A DNA stretch of 56,642 nucleotides from a virus (IMGVR_UViG_2917461297_000001:1-56642); one strand, 5' to 3'; shown: positions 19,479 through 30,615, counted from the stretch's first letter. The notes: generated from the sequence alone by a model not told the origin. Numbers and translations: made by a program.

Positions 19479-22400
19479 TTAAATCGTTCCTTTTTTTCTT
19501 AATGCGTTTTCTAATGTGCCTACTAAATCATCAACTTCTTTTTTGCTTCCATTGAAGTTCTCGATATTAACTAATGACTTGGCTTGAGTATTATTGTTTG
19601 TAGTAACATTAGTTGATTTCCCAATGTCTTTAGGTTTAACAATATCTTTAATCTGTAGTCCATTGAGGATTGCTGAAGGCGCTACTGCGTTAATTTGCTT
19701 GATAGCTGCGGCAGTAGCTTCACTTAAAGGCTTAGGTTTAAGGTTTGAATTAGGTACTGGATTGCCGCCTTTATCTTGTTTTTGTAGTAATTGTGCAACT
19801 TCCAACAAGTTTTTAAACGTCTCATCAATACCATCGATAATATTTTGTCCCACTGAATTACCAATATCTTTCATATTGTCAGAAACAAATTTAGTTAAAT
19901 CTTCAACCATTGATTTATACTTATCAATCTGACCAGCCATAAGCTCTTCTTGTATACTATTGAATCTTCTTGTGTCTTCTAATAAGTCAGTAAACGCTTT
20001 ATTTAAATCTTCTTTCTGCTGTGTTAATTGGTCGTTTTTGTCTTGAAGTTCATCTTGCAACGCTTGTTTGCGGTCTTCTCGATTCTTGTTTCTCAAATAG
20101 GCTTCATATTCTTCTTCACCTTGTCTGAGTTGTTCACGTAAGTCTTTAAGTTTCTTCTGGTTAGCTAAACTATCATCACCAAGACGTTGTGCAATCTCAT
20201 CTCTAATTTTGTTGAGATTTTCTGTTTTCTCCTTAACATCTTTTTGGAATGTTTCTTGTTGTGCTTCTTCATCAATTAATTTTAATTTCTTATTAATTAA
20301 TTTTTCGTATTCTTTATACTCGTCATCATACGCTTTGGTAGCAACTTCTAATTGTTTTTGATAAACAGATTTCATTGAGTTGATAATACTGTTTGCTAAC
20401 TCAAATCTTAGGTTGTGTAATGACTTATTGTTCTCTTGAAGAGCATTAGTAATTTCTTCAATTGAATCTTTAATCTTTTCAGACTGAGCTGGTAACTTCT
20501 TGTACAACTTTAATTGTTCCTCGAGTTCCTTTTTGTTCTTCTCTAATGCTTGTTGCTCTTTGGCATAGCCGTTAAGCATTTTTTCTTGACCGTCTCTAAA
20601 TAAATCAATTTGGAACTCTGAGTTTACAAATGCATTTTTATATTCAGCTTTTCTTAGTTCAGCTTGAAATTCTTTTAACCTACGAGCATTGATAGTTAAT
20701 TGGCGCTCGATTGCTACGTCAGCTGCTTCTTTTAAGAACTCATGAGCCGAGAGGGTAGCGTCATCATAAGCTGTCTTCATATCTTTGATTTGATTAGTTA
20801 AACGTTTCTTAAGTTCTGCATTTTTCTTAACTTTCTTAGCTTGTGTTTCCAGTTGAGTTATGTAGAATTTTGTTTTCTCAGCAAGTTTAGTTGCTTCTTT
20901 GTGTTGTTGAGTGGTTAAATCAACTAAAGTTTTGGCTTGGTCTACGTTAGCTGGGTCAAGATGACCTTTCTTCTTACCAATTGAGTCAATACTTCTTTGT
21001 ATCTTTTCCGTATCTTTAGTGTAATCCTCAATAATTTGGTCAATTAATGAAGCAATAATTTCACCACGGGCACGCATGATACCTGAAGCAATATCTCTTA
21101 CGTTTTGCTGAGCTTCTCGTTTAACTTTCTCCAATTCGTCTCTGTAAGCTGTCTGTTTACCTAATATACCGCCTTTATTCTGTTTAATAACTTTGTCGAT
21201 ATATTTAATCTTATCTTGTTCCCAACCTTTTTCTAATTCTTTAGAAGTTTGAAGTTGCTCATTCTTTTTACGCCATTCTTTACTGTTGCGACCTTGTTCA
21301 AACTCAATTTTGTTAAGCTCATATTCATATTTAGCTGATTTAGCTGCTTGTAGTTCTCTAGAATGGTCGAAAGAGGCAATATTAGATTTATGAATATTAA
21401 ACAAGTTCTCTTTTTTGGCTTGCATATTTCTTACTAATTCAAGTTGTGTATCCATGAGTTTTTTACGTAACTCATCAACTTTTTGCTTCATTTTTTCAGA
21501 CTCGTTATGTTCGTTAATGCCGGCTTCAATTTCAGCTAACATTTGTTCTTGCGCTTGGTTATAACTATCGACCATAGCTTGTGATAACTCGCCAGCAGGT
21601 ATATCTAGATTACCAGTGCTTCTAAAATCAAATTTTCCGTTGTCTCCAGCAATTCTTAGATACGGCTCCGGATTAATTGCTCTGTTCCAACCAGTAAATG
21701 AGGTGCCAGCTGCAGTAAAACCTTTGCCTTCGTTGACTTGGAAGTGCAAGTGGGGACCTGTAGAATTACCAGTATTTCCCATTCTACCAATCATTTGACC
21801 AGCTACAACTTGTTGACCTTTTTTAACACGTAAATCACTTAACATATGCATATACGTAAAAGTTTTGTTTAATTTAGGATTATAAATAACTACTTGGTTA
21901 CCTCCACCATAGTTACTCCAACCAGATGATAACACTATACCACCACGTGAGGCTTTAATAGGTGAGCCGACACTAGATGCATAATCGACACCGTAGTGAG
22001 GTGTATTAGTTCCATAATAATGTCCGAATGGTGCCGTTTTTTTCCAACCAGCGACTATGCTTTGTCCTGCATTAGAAACTTTAACAGCACTTCCACCATT
22101 AGTGCCTTTAAACTGATTATAGTACCTATTAGCCGCCGAATTACGTTGTCCTTGAGCAACAACGCCAGCACGTTCAAATTTACGTTGGAATGCATCGGCA
22201 GCGCCAATGACCGAACCTGATGCTTTTAACGCATTTAGTGCTCCACGTTCTGTTGTTTGTAATTCTTGCCATAAGAAATCTAATTGTGTATTCAAGTCAG
22301 CCCAAGATTTACCACGTCTTTTTGCAAAGTTTCTGAGGTTATCAGCACGACCAAACGACCATTGTACTAAACCGATACCTGTACCATTAGGTTCTTTAGC

Positions 22401-25400
22401 ATTAGGTAGGAATCTTGACTCACGCTCAATGTTACCCATAATACCGGCAACCGCATGTTCAGATAATCCTTTACCACGTAAATAATTCCAAACTTTCTCT
22501 TGAGTGGTTGAGCCAACAGCGCCAATTGAAGCTGTTTTACCACCATCTAAACCGTTAGCTGTAAATTTCAAATATGGTACATTGTAATCACTATTCACCA
22601 GTCCATACTCAATAACTTGACCAGCTTTAATTTGCTCTTGCATGGATTTGATTTGTTCATTAAGTTTCTTAGTTTTCTCGTCAATTAACTTATTTTCTGC
22701 TTTCAATGAGTCACGATATTTTTGAGACCAAACAGCATATTTTTGTGTATTTAGCTTCTGTTTCTCTAATTGGAAGTTCACCTTATCTAAAGCCATTTGC
22801 AATTCATCAGCGACATATGTAGTAACAGTGAAAGTCTTGTATAGTTTCTCAACACTTACACCGGCAGAAGCTGCTTCTTTTTCGAGCTTATCTGCTTCTT
22901 TAGACGCTTTGTCCATTGCTTTTCCGGCTTTACCTAAGCCTTTGGAGGCTTTGTTTCCACCTTTACCAGTTTTATCAAGACCATTACCTAAATCTTTTGC
23001 TACCGAGCCTAATTTACCAGCTGAGTCAGCTGCTTGTTTAAAAACTTTGTCTCCTCCAACTATACTATCAATAGCGCCATCAATAGTCTGTCCAATTTGC
23101 CATGAATAAGTTAAGTTAGCAACTGTTGAGTCAGTAGCGGCTTTAGCAGCATTCCAACTCTTTTCAATATAATCAGCGTATTCTGCGGAGTTAGTATCTT
23201 TAGGGGCTTCAGGAATATCAGCGAATGCTTCGTCAGCAATCCTACGCAATTCATTAATATGTGCTGCCCATTTCTTACCTAGAGCTTGTAAAATAGCTTT
23301 TTCTAAAGCGTCTTTTTTCTTTCCTAAAGTTCCGTAGTTCGATAAATCGACGCCGTAATGTTGAGCAATTTGATTAACTAATTTTTCTTGTTGTTTTGCA
23401 GAGCCGTGGTTGTATACATCAGTAATTCCAGCTTTTAATTCAGTTAAAGTATTATAATTACTTGCATCAATTCCGTAAGTTTGCATTAAATGGTCAGCTA
23501 GTTCTGTACCTTTTCCAGCTACAGACTTATAATACGCTTCACTATTGTCCAACTTCTTTTGTAAGTTAGCATTGAAATTTTCAGTTTCTTCATCTTGCTT
23601 TGATTTAATAAACTCAGTTAATGCTTCATGGTTGTTAAATACACCTAAAACTTCTTCACCATATTTTTCAACCAAGCTAGTTAAATTATTCCACGACAAA
23701 TCGCCTTCAGATAATTCTTTAAGTGAATTATTTAAAAGCTCATGAGTGTCTCCGGTTTCTCTTAGTGAATTAGCAAGCTGTTTATTAGCCTCTGCTTGCT
23801 TCTCACTAGCCTCTGCATTATCTTCTTTCGCAACTGTGTTCTTGTCCACCGAATTTGTATTAGCATCAATTTTCTTTGCAGTGTCAATAGAAACTTGACC
23901 AGATTTGCTTATTGATGCGGCATAACCCGTCTCAGTTTCAATATTAGTTTCTAAACTTTGTTTTAACTTATTTTGCTCTTCTTTTGAAAAATTGGCAGCT
24001 CTAGCAGCGTCTAAGATTGCTTGTGCTACCTTGGTATAAGCAGCTTGCAATACTGGCAATCTATCTGCTCGTTCTGTCTCATTTTTGGCATTTTTAAAAC
24101 TATTTAATGCAGCTTCATATTCTTGCATTTTGCTCGCAAAACCGGCATCTTGTGTTAATAAACCGTTTAATGTAGAAAATGTGTTCTTTGCATCTTCACC
24201 CGATTTAGCAAACTCTCGTACAGATGTGCTTAAAGAAATTAGGATTGCTTTTCCAGAATCACCAATAGAATAATTAGCTGTCTTAATTTGTTCGATTTGA
24301 GAGGTAAATAGTCTAGCTTGTGCGTCAATTGCTGCATTGTCAGTAGCAGTAGCTTGAGCTTTTTTACTTTTATACGTATCAAGAGCACTGATAATTCTAT
24401 CAAGAGAAGAAATACTTTCTTGGTCTCCATTTTTTCTTGCTTCAGCTAAAAGTTTTTGGGCTTCTGCCTGTCTTTTTTCTGCTTCTTCTAGAGATTTAAC
24501 TTTATCGATTCTAGTTTGTAATTGATAAATCTCGTTATTATTACCGTTTGGTGTCCCGACTGAACCAGCACGTTCTCTTAATTTTGTTTCTGGATTCTTT
24601 CCTAGCCCCCAAAAACCGCCATTATTTATATTCTTAGCTTCTTTAACTGAATCATCATACTGTTTACGTAAATCAGCTTCATTTTTAATACGAGCGTTTT
24701 CTTTCTCAATCTCAAGTTGCTGTTTCATGAGCTCGACACGCTCTTTTAATGTATTACTATTAGCTGATAGAGTAGCACCATATTGACCTTCAGAAGATAC
24801 TAAATCCGGAAAAATATTCTTAATTTGAGATACAGTTTCTTTATATTGAGCTGCTTCAGTATCATCAAACGATTTACCCGAACGCATTTTGTTCTCAAGT
24901 TCTGTATATCTATCAATTAATTTATCAATTTCACCAGTACCGCCCATACTTTCGATAGTCTGTTTGAGCGTATCTTGTTGCATTTTATAATTCTCAGCGG
25001 CATTTGAAGCACTATCAAATTTGGAGATAACCTTTTCCAGTACAAACGATATACCAGCAATTGCTGCACCGACTAAAGTGGCTGAAGCTAATCCACGCAT
25101 AGCTGCTTTAAATCCATTCACCGCAACAGTTGCTACTTTACTAACTGTTGCAGTAGCTGTCGTCTTAATATTGTTAGTATTTAATGCACTTGAAGTTAGT
25201 AGGGCTTGTGTGGTTAATGTTTTTTGTGAATCCGCAAAAGCTAGGGTAGATGTACTAGCTGCTTTTGCTTTAGAAGCTGCCATGTCATATTTCTCAAGTG
25301 ATTCGTCCATCACTAATTGAGACACTGCTCCAACTTGATTATCTTTAATTCTACCTTTATTGCCTTCAAGCACCATTCTCTCAATAACTGTGCCATCATT

Positions 25401-28025
25401 TTTCTTCATTTTTTGAGTAACTGACTCTAAGTCGTTAGCTTCTGCAATGAAGTTAGCAATACTAAGTCTGGCGTCTTCAAAACCACCTCTAACATTCTTA
25501 GAGAATAGTGACATCGTTCCTGCTAGTGTACCAATTAATACTGAGGTTGAACCTAATTCTTGCACATGTCTTGTTAAACCAGTCATTAAATTAGTGAATA
25601 ATCTTAGTCCGTCTAACATTCCAGATTTAACAAAAGCATCGCCGATAGCAACTGCAAATTGTTCAATTGAAACTTTAGCTCTATTGACCTTAGCTTCAAC
25701 AGACTCTAAATATTTCTGGTTCTCGGCAATAGCGGAACCCGCAGAGTTTTCTGATGTGTTTTTAATCTGTTTGTATAGTGAGTCTGCTTTCGACAAGTCG
25801 TCTAATAATACTTGCATACGTTGGTAATGGTACGTTCCACCAAGTCCACGTATTACAGCAGCTTGTTGGTCTTTATCAACATTTTTAATTTTTTCTGATA
25901 CTTCTTCTAATAAGGTAATTGCACTTTTCAGCTGTCCGTTGGAATCTTTCATATTGATTCCCAAATCAGTAATAGTGTTTTTACCTGTGCCTACATAAAG
26001 TTTAGGTAATACAGCTTTTAAGAAGTTACCAATTTCGTCACCAGATTGCTTAGTCTTTGCAGTTAAAGCACCAACAATGGCGTTAGTCTCGTCAAAAGTT
26101 AGCCCCATTGATTTAGCAGTAGAACCAGCTTTTGCTTGACCTTGTGCTAATTTTTCAACAGTAGTCGCATATTCATTCGAGATTTGGTTGAGCGAGTCGA
26201 CTTGTCTCATAGCGTCAGTAGCTGATGTTTCCCACTGAGCCGACATCGACGTTAAATATTCTGATGCTTGTTTTGCATCAATTTCACCAACATTGGAAGC
26301 TATTAAGGCTGCATTACCAAATACTGTGGTATCAGCTTCGTCATAACCTTGTCTAGCGAACTCCGCATATACATCTAAAACGTTACTAATAGTTTGACCA
26401 TATTGTAAAGCTGCATCATTAGCTCGTAAGAATACAGATTCTAAATCAGCATTATCATTCATTACTTTTGATAAAGTAACCATTTTAGAGTCAATATCTG
26501 AGATGATTGATAAGAAGTTTTGACCACTTCTAATCGCACCAAAAAACAGAGTAGTAGCACCCATCCAAACAGGGAATTTAATCATTGCTTGTCTAAACGA
26601 CTCAACAAAACCTAGCTGTGACCTTGTAGCACGTTCAGCTTCTGCCGTAATAGTTCTGACTTGTCCTTGAATTTGAGACATTTGAAAAGCTGCTTCTTTT
26701 CCAAATGTACCACTACCATTTGAGTTAAGGTTTTGTAGTTGACCTTTTAACTGTGAAGTAGCACGTTTATCAATCGTACTTGTTAAACGACGTTCTGCTC
26801 TATCAATTTGTGCTAACAATGAAACTTGTTGATTTAATAATTTATTTTGTTGAGAATAACCAAGTAATAAGCCATCTGCGCTTTGTTTTACTTTGTTGAA
26901 CTCGGTTGATAATTTTGTAACGTCGCCACTATTTATTCTTTCTTTTAGCCCAGTATAATTATTAGTAGCGTCCTTTGCTTGACCTTTGCTAATTTTACCT
27001 TGAGCCTCTAATTTATTAATTCTTTCAAGTTCTTTTGAAATTGCTGATTGAATCTTTTCTTGCTCTTTCAATTGCTCGTTTTGTAATGTATACTTCTTAA
27101 GCAATATGTCTGCTTCAGATTTAGCTTTAGTGAATTGTTCTGGGCTAATCACTTTATTTTCTTTAGCCAAATGGCTTAGCTGGCTATATGCATTTTTAAT
27201 CTTTTCGGCTTGAGAAGTAGATAACTTTTGTTTTTCAACCATTCTGTCTAAAGCACTTACTTCTTGCTCCATAGATTTAACCATAGAATCATGAGTTAAT
27301 TTTCGTGCTTTTTCTTGAGAGTTTAAGTTAGCTATTTTTTCTAAACTTAACGAACCGTCGTCGTTTGCTTTGTAGTTGTAGCTTTCTCTGCCTAATGTTT
27401 TTCCTAATTCGCTTACTCTTTGTAAATTGACTTGGTATGATTGTAATGCACCGTTAGCGTCTTTGATAGACTTAATTTCAGTACGTAAAGAATTATCTCT
27501 TACGTTAGAAAGCTCGCTACTTAATTTGCTTACATCTGAGTAAGTTTTTTGCAGTTGTAGCATCGAATTATTTATTTTTTCAATTTCTTGAGCTTGCCCT
27601 TTAGAAGTCGTGGAGGATACTGCGCCAAAACCTTTTTGTGCATTTGTTGATATTGACTTACCAGCTTTTTGAGCGGCATTAGTATCCACATTTGCATCAA
27701 TATTAACTTTAATTTTATTCTTTGATAAGCTATCAGATAGCGTTGAAATAGCTTTTTTAATATTTTGCTTACTTTGAGTTAAGTTTACATCTAAGTCAAC
27801 TTTAACTTTCCTCAATTGACTTGATTTGTTTAAACTGTCTATAACACTATTGGCACTTTTTCTTAAATCATTTGAAGCACCTTTAGTTTGTCTGGCTTCA
27901 AATTCAACAGAAACCTTGTTTATATTCTTTTCGATTTCTTTAATCGTTTCGTTTATTTGCTTACGAGAGGAGCTTGAATCAACGTCTAAGGTTGACAAAA
28001 TTCCAATATTAAATCCATTTGCCAA
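19479..28025 (-). CDS. Tape measure protein with phage-tail lysozyme and M23 peptidase domains
   Basis: TP901-type core (IDSKMVTLSKV...VDSLNQISNEYA); AVAGIMGNIERES...GIGLVQWS lysozyme; HYGVD...YMHM...STGPHLHFQV M23; AGGAG RBS favours TTG 28025 over 28052. Confidence 0.93.
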   Translation of the reverse strand: MANGFNIGILSTLDVDSSSSRKQINETIKEIEKNINKVSVEFEARQTKGASNDLRKSANSVIDSLNKSSQLRKVKVDLDVNLTQSKQNIKKAISTLSDSLSKNKIKVNIDANVDTNAAQKAGKSISTNAQKGFGAVSSTTSKGQAQEIEKINNSMLQLQKTYSDVSKLSSELSNVRDNSLRTEIKSIKDANGALQSYQVNLQRVSELGKTLGRESYNYKANDDGSLSLEKIANLNSQEKARKLTHDSMVKSMEQEVSALDRMVEKQKLSTSQAEKIKNAYSQLSHLAKENKVISPEQFTKAKSEADILLKKYTLQNEQLKEQEKIQSAISKELERINKLEAQGKISKGQAKDATNNYTGLKERINSGDVTKLSTEFNKVKQSADGLLLGYSQQNKLLNQQVSLLAQIDRAERRLTSTIDKRATSQLKGQLQNLNSNGSGTFGKEAAFQMSQIQGQVRTITAEAERATRSQLGFVESFRQAMIKFPVWMGATTLFFGAIRSGQNFLSIISDIDSKMVTLSKVMNDNADLESVFLRANDAALQYGQTISNVLDVYAEFARQGYDEADTTVFGNAALIASNVGEIDAKQASEYLTSMSAQWETSATDAMRQVDSLNQISNEYATTVEKLAQGQAKAGSTAKSMGLTFDETNAIVGALTAKTKQSGDEIGNFLKAVLPKLYVGTGKNTITDLGINMKDSNGQLKSAITLLEEVSEKIKNVDKDQQAAVIRGLGGTYHYQRMQVLLDDLSKADSLYKQIKNTSENSAGSAIAENQKYLESVEAKVNRAKVSIEQFAVAIGDAFVKSGMLDGLRLFTNLMTGLTRHVQELGSTSVLIGTLAGTMSLFSKNVRGGFEDARLSIANFIAEANDLESVTQKMKKNDGTVIERMVLEGNKGRIKDNQVGAVSQLVMDESLEKYDMAASKAKAASTSTLAFADSQKTLTTQALLTSSALNTNNIKTTATATVSKVATVAVNGFKAAMRGLASATLVGAAIAGISFVLEKVISKFDSASNAAENYKMQQDTLKQTIESMGGTGEIDKLIDRYTELENKMRSGKSFDDTEAAQYKETVSQIKNIFPDLVSSEGQYGATLSANSNTLKERVELMKQQLEIEKENARIKNEADLRKQYDDSVKEAKNINNGGFWGLGKNPETKLRERAGSVGTPNGNNNEIYQLQTRIDKVKSLEEAEKRQAEAQKLLAEARKNGDQESISSLDRIISALDTYKSKKAQATATDNAAIDAQARLFTSQIEQIKTANYSIGDSGKAILISLSTSVREFAKSGEDAKNTFSTLNGLLTQDAGFASKMQEYEAALNSFKNAKNETERADRLPVLQAAYTKVAQAILDAARAANFSKEEQNKLKQSLETNIETETGYAASISKSGQVSIDTAKKIDANTNSVDKNTVAKEDNAEASEKQAEANKQLANSLRETGDTHELLNNSLKELSEGDLSWNNLTSLVEKYGEEVLGVFNNHEALTEFIKSKQDEETENFNANLQKKLDNSEAYYKSVAGKGTELADHLMQTYGIDASNYNTLTELKAGITDVYNHGSAKQQEKLVNQIAQHYGVDLSNYGTLGKKKDALEKAILQALGKKWAAHINELRRIADEAFADIPEAPKDTNSAEYADYIEKSWNAAKAATDSTVANLTYSWQIGQTIDGAIDSIVGGDKVFKQAADSAGKLGSVAKDLGNGLDKTGKGGNKASKGLGKAGKAMDKASKEADKLEKEAASAGVSVEKLYKTFTVTTYVADELQMALDKVNFQLEKQKLNTQKYAVWSQKYRDSLKAENKLIDEKTKKLNEQIKSMQEQIKAGQVIEYGLVNSDYNVPYLKFTANGLDGGKTASIGAVGSTTQEKVWNYLRGKGLSEHAVAGIMGNIERESRFLPNAKEPNGTGIGLVQWSFGRADNLRNFAKRRGKSWADLNTQLDFLWQELQTTERGALNALKASGSVIGAADAFQRKFERAGVVAQGQRNSAANRYYNQFKGTNGGSAVKVSNAGQSIVAGWKKTAPFGHYYGTNTPHYGVDYASSVGSPIKASRGGIVLSSGWSNYGGGNQVVIYNPKLNKTFTYMHMLSDLRVKKGQQVVAGQMIGRMGNTGNSTGPHLHFQVNEGKGFTAAGTSFTGWNRAINPEPYLRIAGDNGKFDFRSTGNLDIPAGELSQAMVDSYNQAQEQMLAEIEAGINEHNESEKMKQKVDELRKKLMDTQLELVRNMQAKKENLFNIHKSNIASFDHSRELQAAKSAKYEYELNKIEFEQGRNSKEWRKKNEQLQTSKELEKGWEQDKIKYIDKVIKQNKGGILGKQTAYRDELEKVKREAQQNVRDIASGIMRARGEIIASLIDQIIEDYTKDTEKIQRSIDSIGKKKGHLDPANVDQAKTLVDLTTQQHKEATKLAEKTKFYITQLETQAKKVKKNAELKKRLTNQIKDMKTAYDDATLSAHEFLKEAADVAIERQLTINARRLKEFQAELRKAEYKNAFVNSEFQIDLFRDGQEKMLNGYAKEQQALEKNKKELEEQLKLYKKLPAQSEKIKDSIEEITNALQENNKSLHNLRFELANSIINSMKSVYQKQLEVATKAYDDEYKEYEKLINKKLKLIDEEAQQETFQKDVKEKTENLNKIRDEIAQRLGDDSLANQKKLKDLREQLRQGEEEYEAYLRNKNREDRKQALQDELQDKNDQLTQQKEDLNKAFTDLLEDTRRFNSIQEELMAGQIDKYKSMVEDLTKFVSDNMKDIGNSVGQNIIDGIDETFKNLLEVAQLLQKQDKGGNPVPNSNLKPKPLSEATAAAIKQINAVAPSAILNGLQIKDIVKPKDIGKSTNVTTNNNTQAKSLVNIENFNGSKKEVDDLVGTLENALRKKGTI

Positions 28026-28059
28026 AATTTTCACTCCTTGTGTTTTCTTCACCGTACTT

Positions 28060-28116
28060 TTCTATTATTCAAGTCTCTCGACAATTTAGTATTCTCGAGA
28101 GAATTCAGTAATAGAA
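28060..28116. repeat. Imperfect inverted repeat between the recombinase stop and the tape measure start
   Basis: TTCTATTA...TCTCTCGA-(13 nt)-TCGAGAGA...TAATAGAA. Confidence 0.6.
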
Positions 28117-29142
28117 TCATTTGTTAAAAATATTGTTGCGTTCGTCATCAAAGTCCCTTAAGTCATAAATTTGAGTTGTATTTACTGATTCATGATGTGC
28201 TACATGTTTTGATACAGTTTTAATATCAACGCCTTTAACTTCTAAAAGGTAGGTGATACAACTTGCCTTAAAAATGTGCGGATTAATACGTCGTCCTAAT
28301 ATTGGAGACAAAACACTTTCACAAAAATAATCAGCCCAACTAACGCTCATTTGTCGAGCGTTATCACCACGTTTTAAAGCGAAGATATATTCATGCTCAA
28401 AACCACGCTTTTCAAGCCAAAGGTTAATATATTTCAATGCTTCGTCGTTTATCATGTACTGAAGCATCTTCCCATCTTCTCCTCGACCTTTTCCTCTTAT
28501 GTTGTGTGATAATATATAGCTGCCTTCTTTATTAAAAGGGTAATTAACAATCTCAGATTTAAGTTGAATAATTTCAGCACGTCTTGCTCCCGCATTGAAA
28601 GCCACAGCTAGCCAAGCCATACCTAAATAGTTTTCATCACTTTCAAGAGCTTCCATCATTTTCAAATATTCTTCATACGTAATTTTTACTTTTTGATATG
28701 TTTGATTCTTTACAACTGGTGGCAAACCTTTCATAAAATTTCTAAAGGTTTGAAACAGGGGCTCTCCATGTTCATTCACATATTCGTCATCATCTGTTAA
28801 ATACATTTCAATCCATGAGCAAAAAGAAGATATAGCGGATTTTTTAAGATTAATTCCAGAGGAGGACATCTTACGATTCTCACGTAAGTAATTCATAAAT
28901 CTTAATCCATCTCGTTTTTTAATCTTATATAATGGTTTGTCATTCAAACTCTCGTAAACAAAATATGCAAATTGCTTTAAAGCTGAACGATACTGTTTTT
29001 TAGTTTGTTTTGAAGCATCAATCGAATTTAAAAATTCATCAATTAATTCTCGGGTCAGGGGATTTACTTTTTGCCACATTTCATCAGTGACTTCGGGTAA
29101 CTTTTGAGCACGTTGACGCAACATGTTTTTATTTATTGTCAC
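28117..29142 (-). CDS. Tyrosine recombinase/integrase family protein (SPbeta tail-module type)
   Basis: SAM-like N-domain (TKKQYRSALKQF); GARRAE, RGKG, PHIFKAS, HHES..TTQIY catalytic-region motifs. Confidence 0.88.
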   Translation of the reverse strand: MTINKNMLRQRAQKLPEVTDEMWQKVNPLTRELIDEFLNSIDASKQTKKQYRSALKQFAYFVYESLNDKPLYKIKKRDGLRFMNYLRENRKMSSSGINLKKSAISSFCSWIEMYLTDDDEYVNEHGEPLFQTFRNFMKGLPPVVKNQTYQKVKITYEEYLKMMEALESDENYLGMAWLAVAFNAGARRAEIIQLKSEIVNYPFNKEGSYILSHNIRGKGRGEDGKMLQYMINDEALKYINLWLEKRGFEHEYIFALKRGDNARQMSVSWADYFCESVLSPILGRRINPHIFKASCITYLLEVKGVDIKTVSKHVAHHESVNTTQIYDLRDFDDERNNIFNK

Positions 29143-29157
29143 GGCATTTCCTCATTT

Positions 29158-29634
29158 CTATTTAACGCTTACATTGAAGCCTCTTTTTCTTAAACCTTTA
29201 TAAAGAGCTTCCAACATGTCATTTCTGCTTACAGATGAAATCAAATTAGAGTATGCATATTCGGTATAAGGACGAGCCGGCATTCCTAGACTTGGGTCAC
29301 CAGCGAAACCGTCCACACCTTCAATTAAATCATTGATAAAATCGTCTAAGGTGTCTCCATTTCCTTTAGTTAAGTTTGCTATCAGGAAGGACATCTTCTT
29401 ATCGGATATATAAGGCATAGTAATCACATAATTATCAGGGTCTTTTAAACCACCAGAACTACCACGACGTTGATACCTTTTAGGCTCATACACGTCATAC
29501 ACACGTCGTTCCATTTCCATTATTAATTCATCTCTAATAACCTCGAATACCTCGTTGTTAATCGTGTCTCTTAGAGCAACAGCGAACATTGCTTCTAACT
29601 GAGATAAATCTGAAACTGTTTTATTTCTTGCCAT
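29158..29634 (-). CDS. Putative tail completion protein (HK97 gp10-like)
   Basis: VYDVYEPKRYQRRG..GGL and MPARPYTE motifs; position in tail module. Confidence 0.6.
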   Translation of the reverse strand: MARNKTVSDLSQLEAMFAVALRDTINNEVFEVIRDELIMEMERRVYDVYEPKRYQRRGSSGGLKDPDNYVITMPYISDKKMSFLIANLTKGNGDTLDDFINDLIEGVDGFAGDPSLGMPARPYTEYAYSNLISSVSRNDMLEALYKGLRKRGFNVSVK

Positions 29635-30187
29635 CGAAGTTTCCTTCTCTTAAATTTTCTTTAAACTTTTCACGAGCATTTTCTAATTTATCTTCATATG
29701 TATTCAAGAATTCCACGGTACTTGTCATTAGTGCCGTACTATTTGCAAACATGTTATTAACTTTTTTCACTTCATCAAAAATAAAGACATCGTTAATGAT
29801 TTCTTCTAACAACCCAGTTTCCAACAAAGCGTTATAATAATTAATCAATTCACTTAAATTTTTAGCTTTTTCCATTTGGACACCGAAGTGAGTGAATTTT
29901 TTAATCATTAAGAAATACCAGAATAAGATAATGTGAGTTTCACCACTTGTGATTGACTCCATAATCTTTTTATCCTCTTTGTTTTCTGATTGCGCATATG
30001 TTTGAAATTCTTCAATAATCTCTGTAATTTTAGTTCGAGAGAAATATGGATAGAATTGCATCGTCTCGCCATTACTTAATGTGTAATCAGAAACCTCATC
30101 ATACTTAGATGCTTGATTAACTATATCGGTAATATTTATTAAATTTTCTCGAGTAAATTCAGTGTTTTTCTTAGATTTGTTTGTCAC
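29621..30187 (-). CDS. Putative tail assembly chaperone
   Basis: Helical 188-aa ORF directly downstream of the major tail gene; positional assignment. Confidence 0.5.
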   Translation of the reverse strand: MTNKSKKNTEFTRENLINITDIVNQASKYDEVSDYTLSNGETMQFYPYFSRTKITEIIEEFQTYAQSENKEDKKIMESITSGETHIILFWYFLMIKKFTHFGVQMEKAKNLSELINYYNALLETGLLEEIINDVFIFDEVKKVNNMFANSTALMTSTVEFLNTYEDKLENAREKFKENLREGNFDGKK

Positions 30188-30226
30188 AATAAAATTCTCC
30201 TTTTATCCCATTTTTAAATCAAAAAT

Positions 30227-30250
30227 AAAAAGGGAGCGTTATGCCCCCTT
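30227..30250 (-). terminator. Terminator after the major tail/Ig cistron
   Basis: Minus strand AAGGGGC-ATAAC-GCTCCCTTTTTATTTTT. Confidence 0.75.
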
Positions 30251-30255
30251 AAAAA

Positions 30256-30615
30256 TTAAACCACTTCGTCCTCTTCTTCATCTGAAGATACGTCAGCGTT
30301 TTCTTCTACACTAATAGTAATCTTAGCACTAGAGCCATCTAAAGTAGCTGTAACAGTCGTGATACCAGCCGCTTTAGCTTCTACTTCTCCAGTAGGGGAG
30401 ACAGTAGCATATTGCTCATGACTAGAAGAGTATTTAACATCTCCAACACGTTCTTCAGGTGTCACTGTAACTGGAAGCTGGAATTTATTGCCAACTTTCA
30501 ATGTCTTAGTTTTATTTTTGATTGTAACCGAAGCCTTAACTTGTGGCTCCTCTTCATCTTCCTCGGAGTCACCGTTATCTTCCTCTAACTCAGACTTCGG
30601 CTTACTTACTTTTTT
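30256..30615 (-). CDS. Ig-like (Big_2) domain, probably made as a -1 frameshift extension of the major tail protein
   Basis: Frame is open from the slippery site A-AAA-AAG (30615-30609) through an acidic linker to LKVG..FQLPVTVTPE...YSSS..YATVSPTGEV.AK.AG.TTVTAT; no RBS before the tracked start 30501. Confidence 0.8.
   Translation of the reverse strand, partial: KKVSKPKSELEEDNGDSEEDEEEPQVKASVTIKNKTKTLKVGNKFQLPVTVTPEERVGDVKYSSSHEQYATVSPTGEVEAKAAGITTVTATLDGSSAKITISVEENADVSSDEEEDEVV

Noticed and set aside
29158-30187. Classic tail-assembly-chaperone G/GT frameshift before the tape measure
   Set aside because: The two ORFs simply overlap, each with its own start, and a recombinase separates them from the tape measure; no convincing slippery site found
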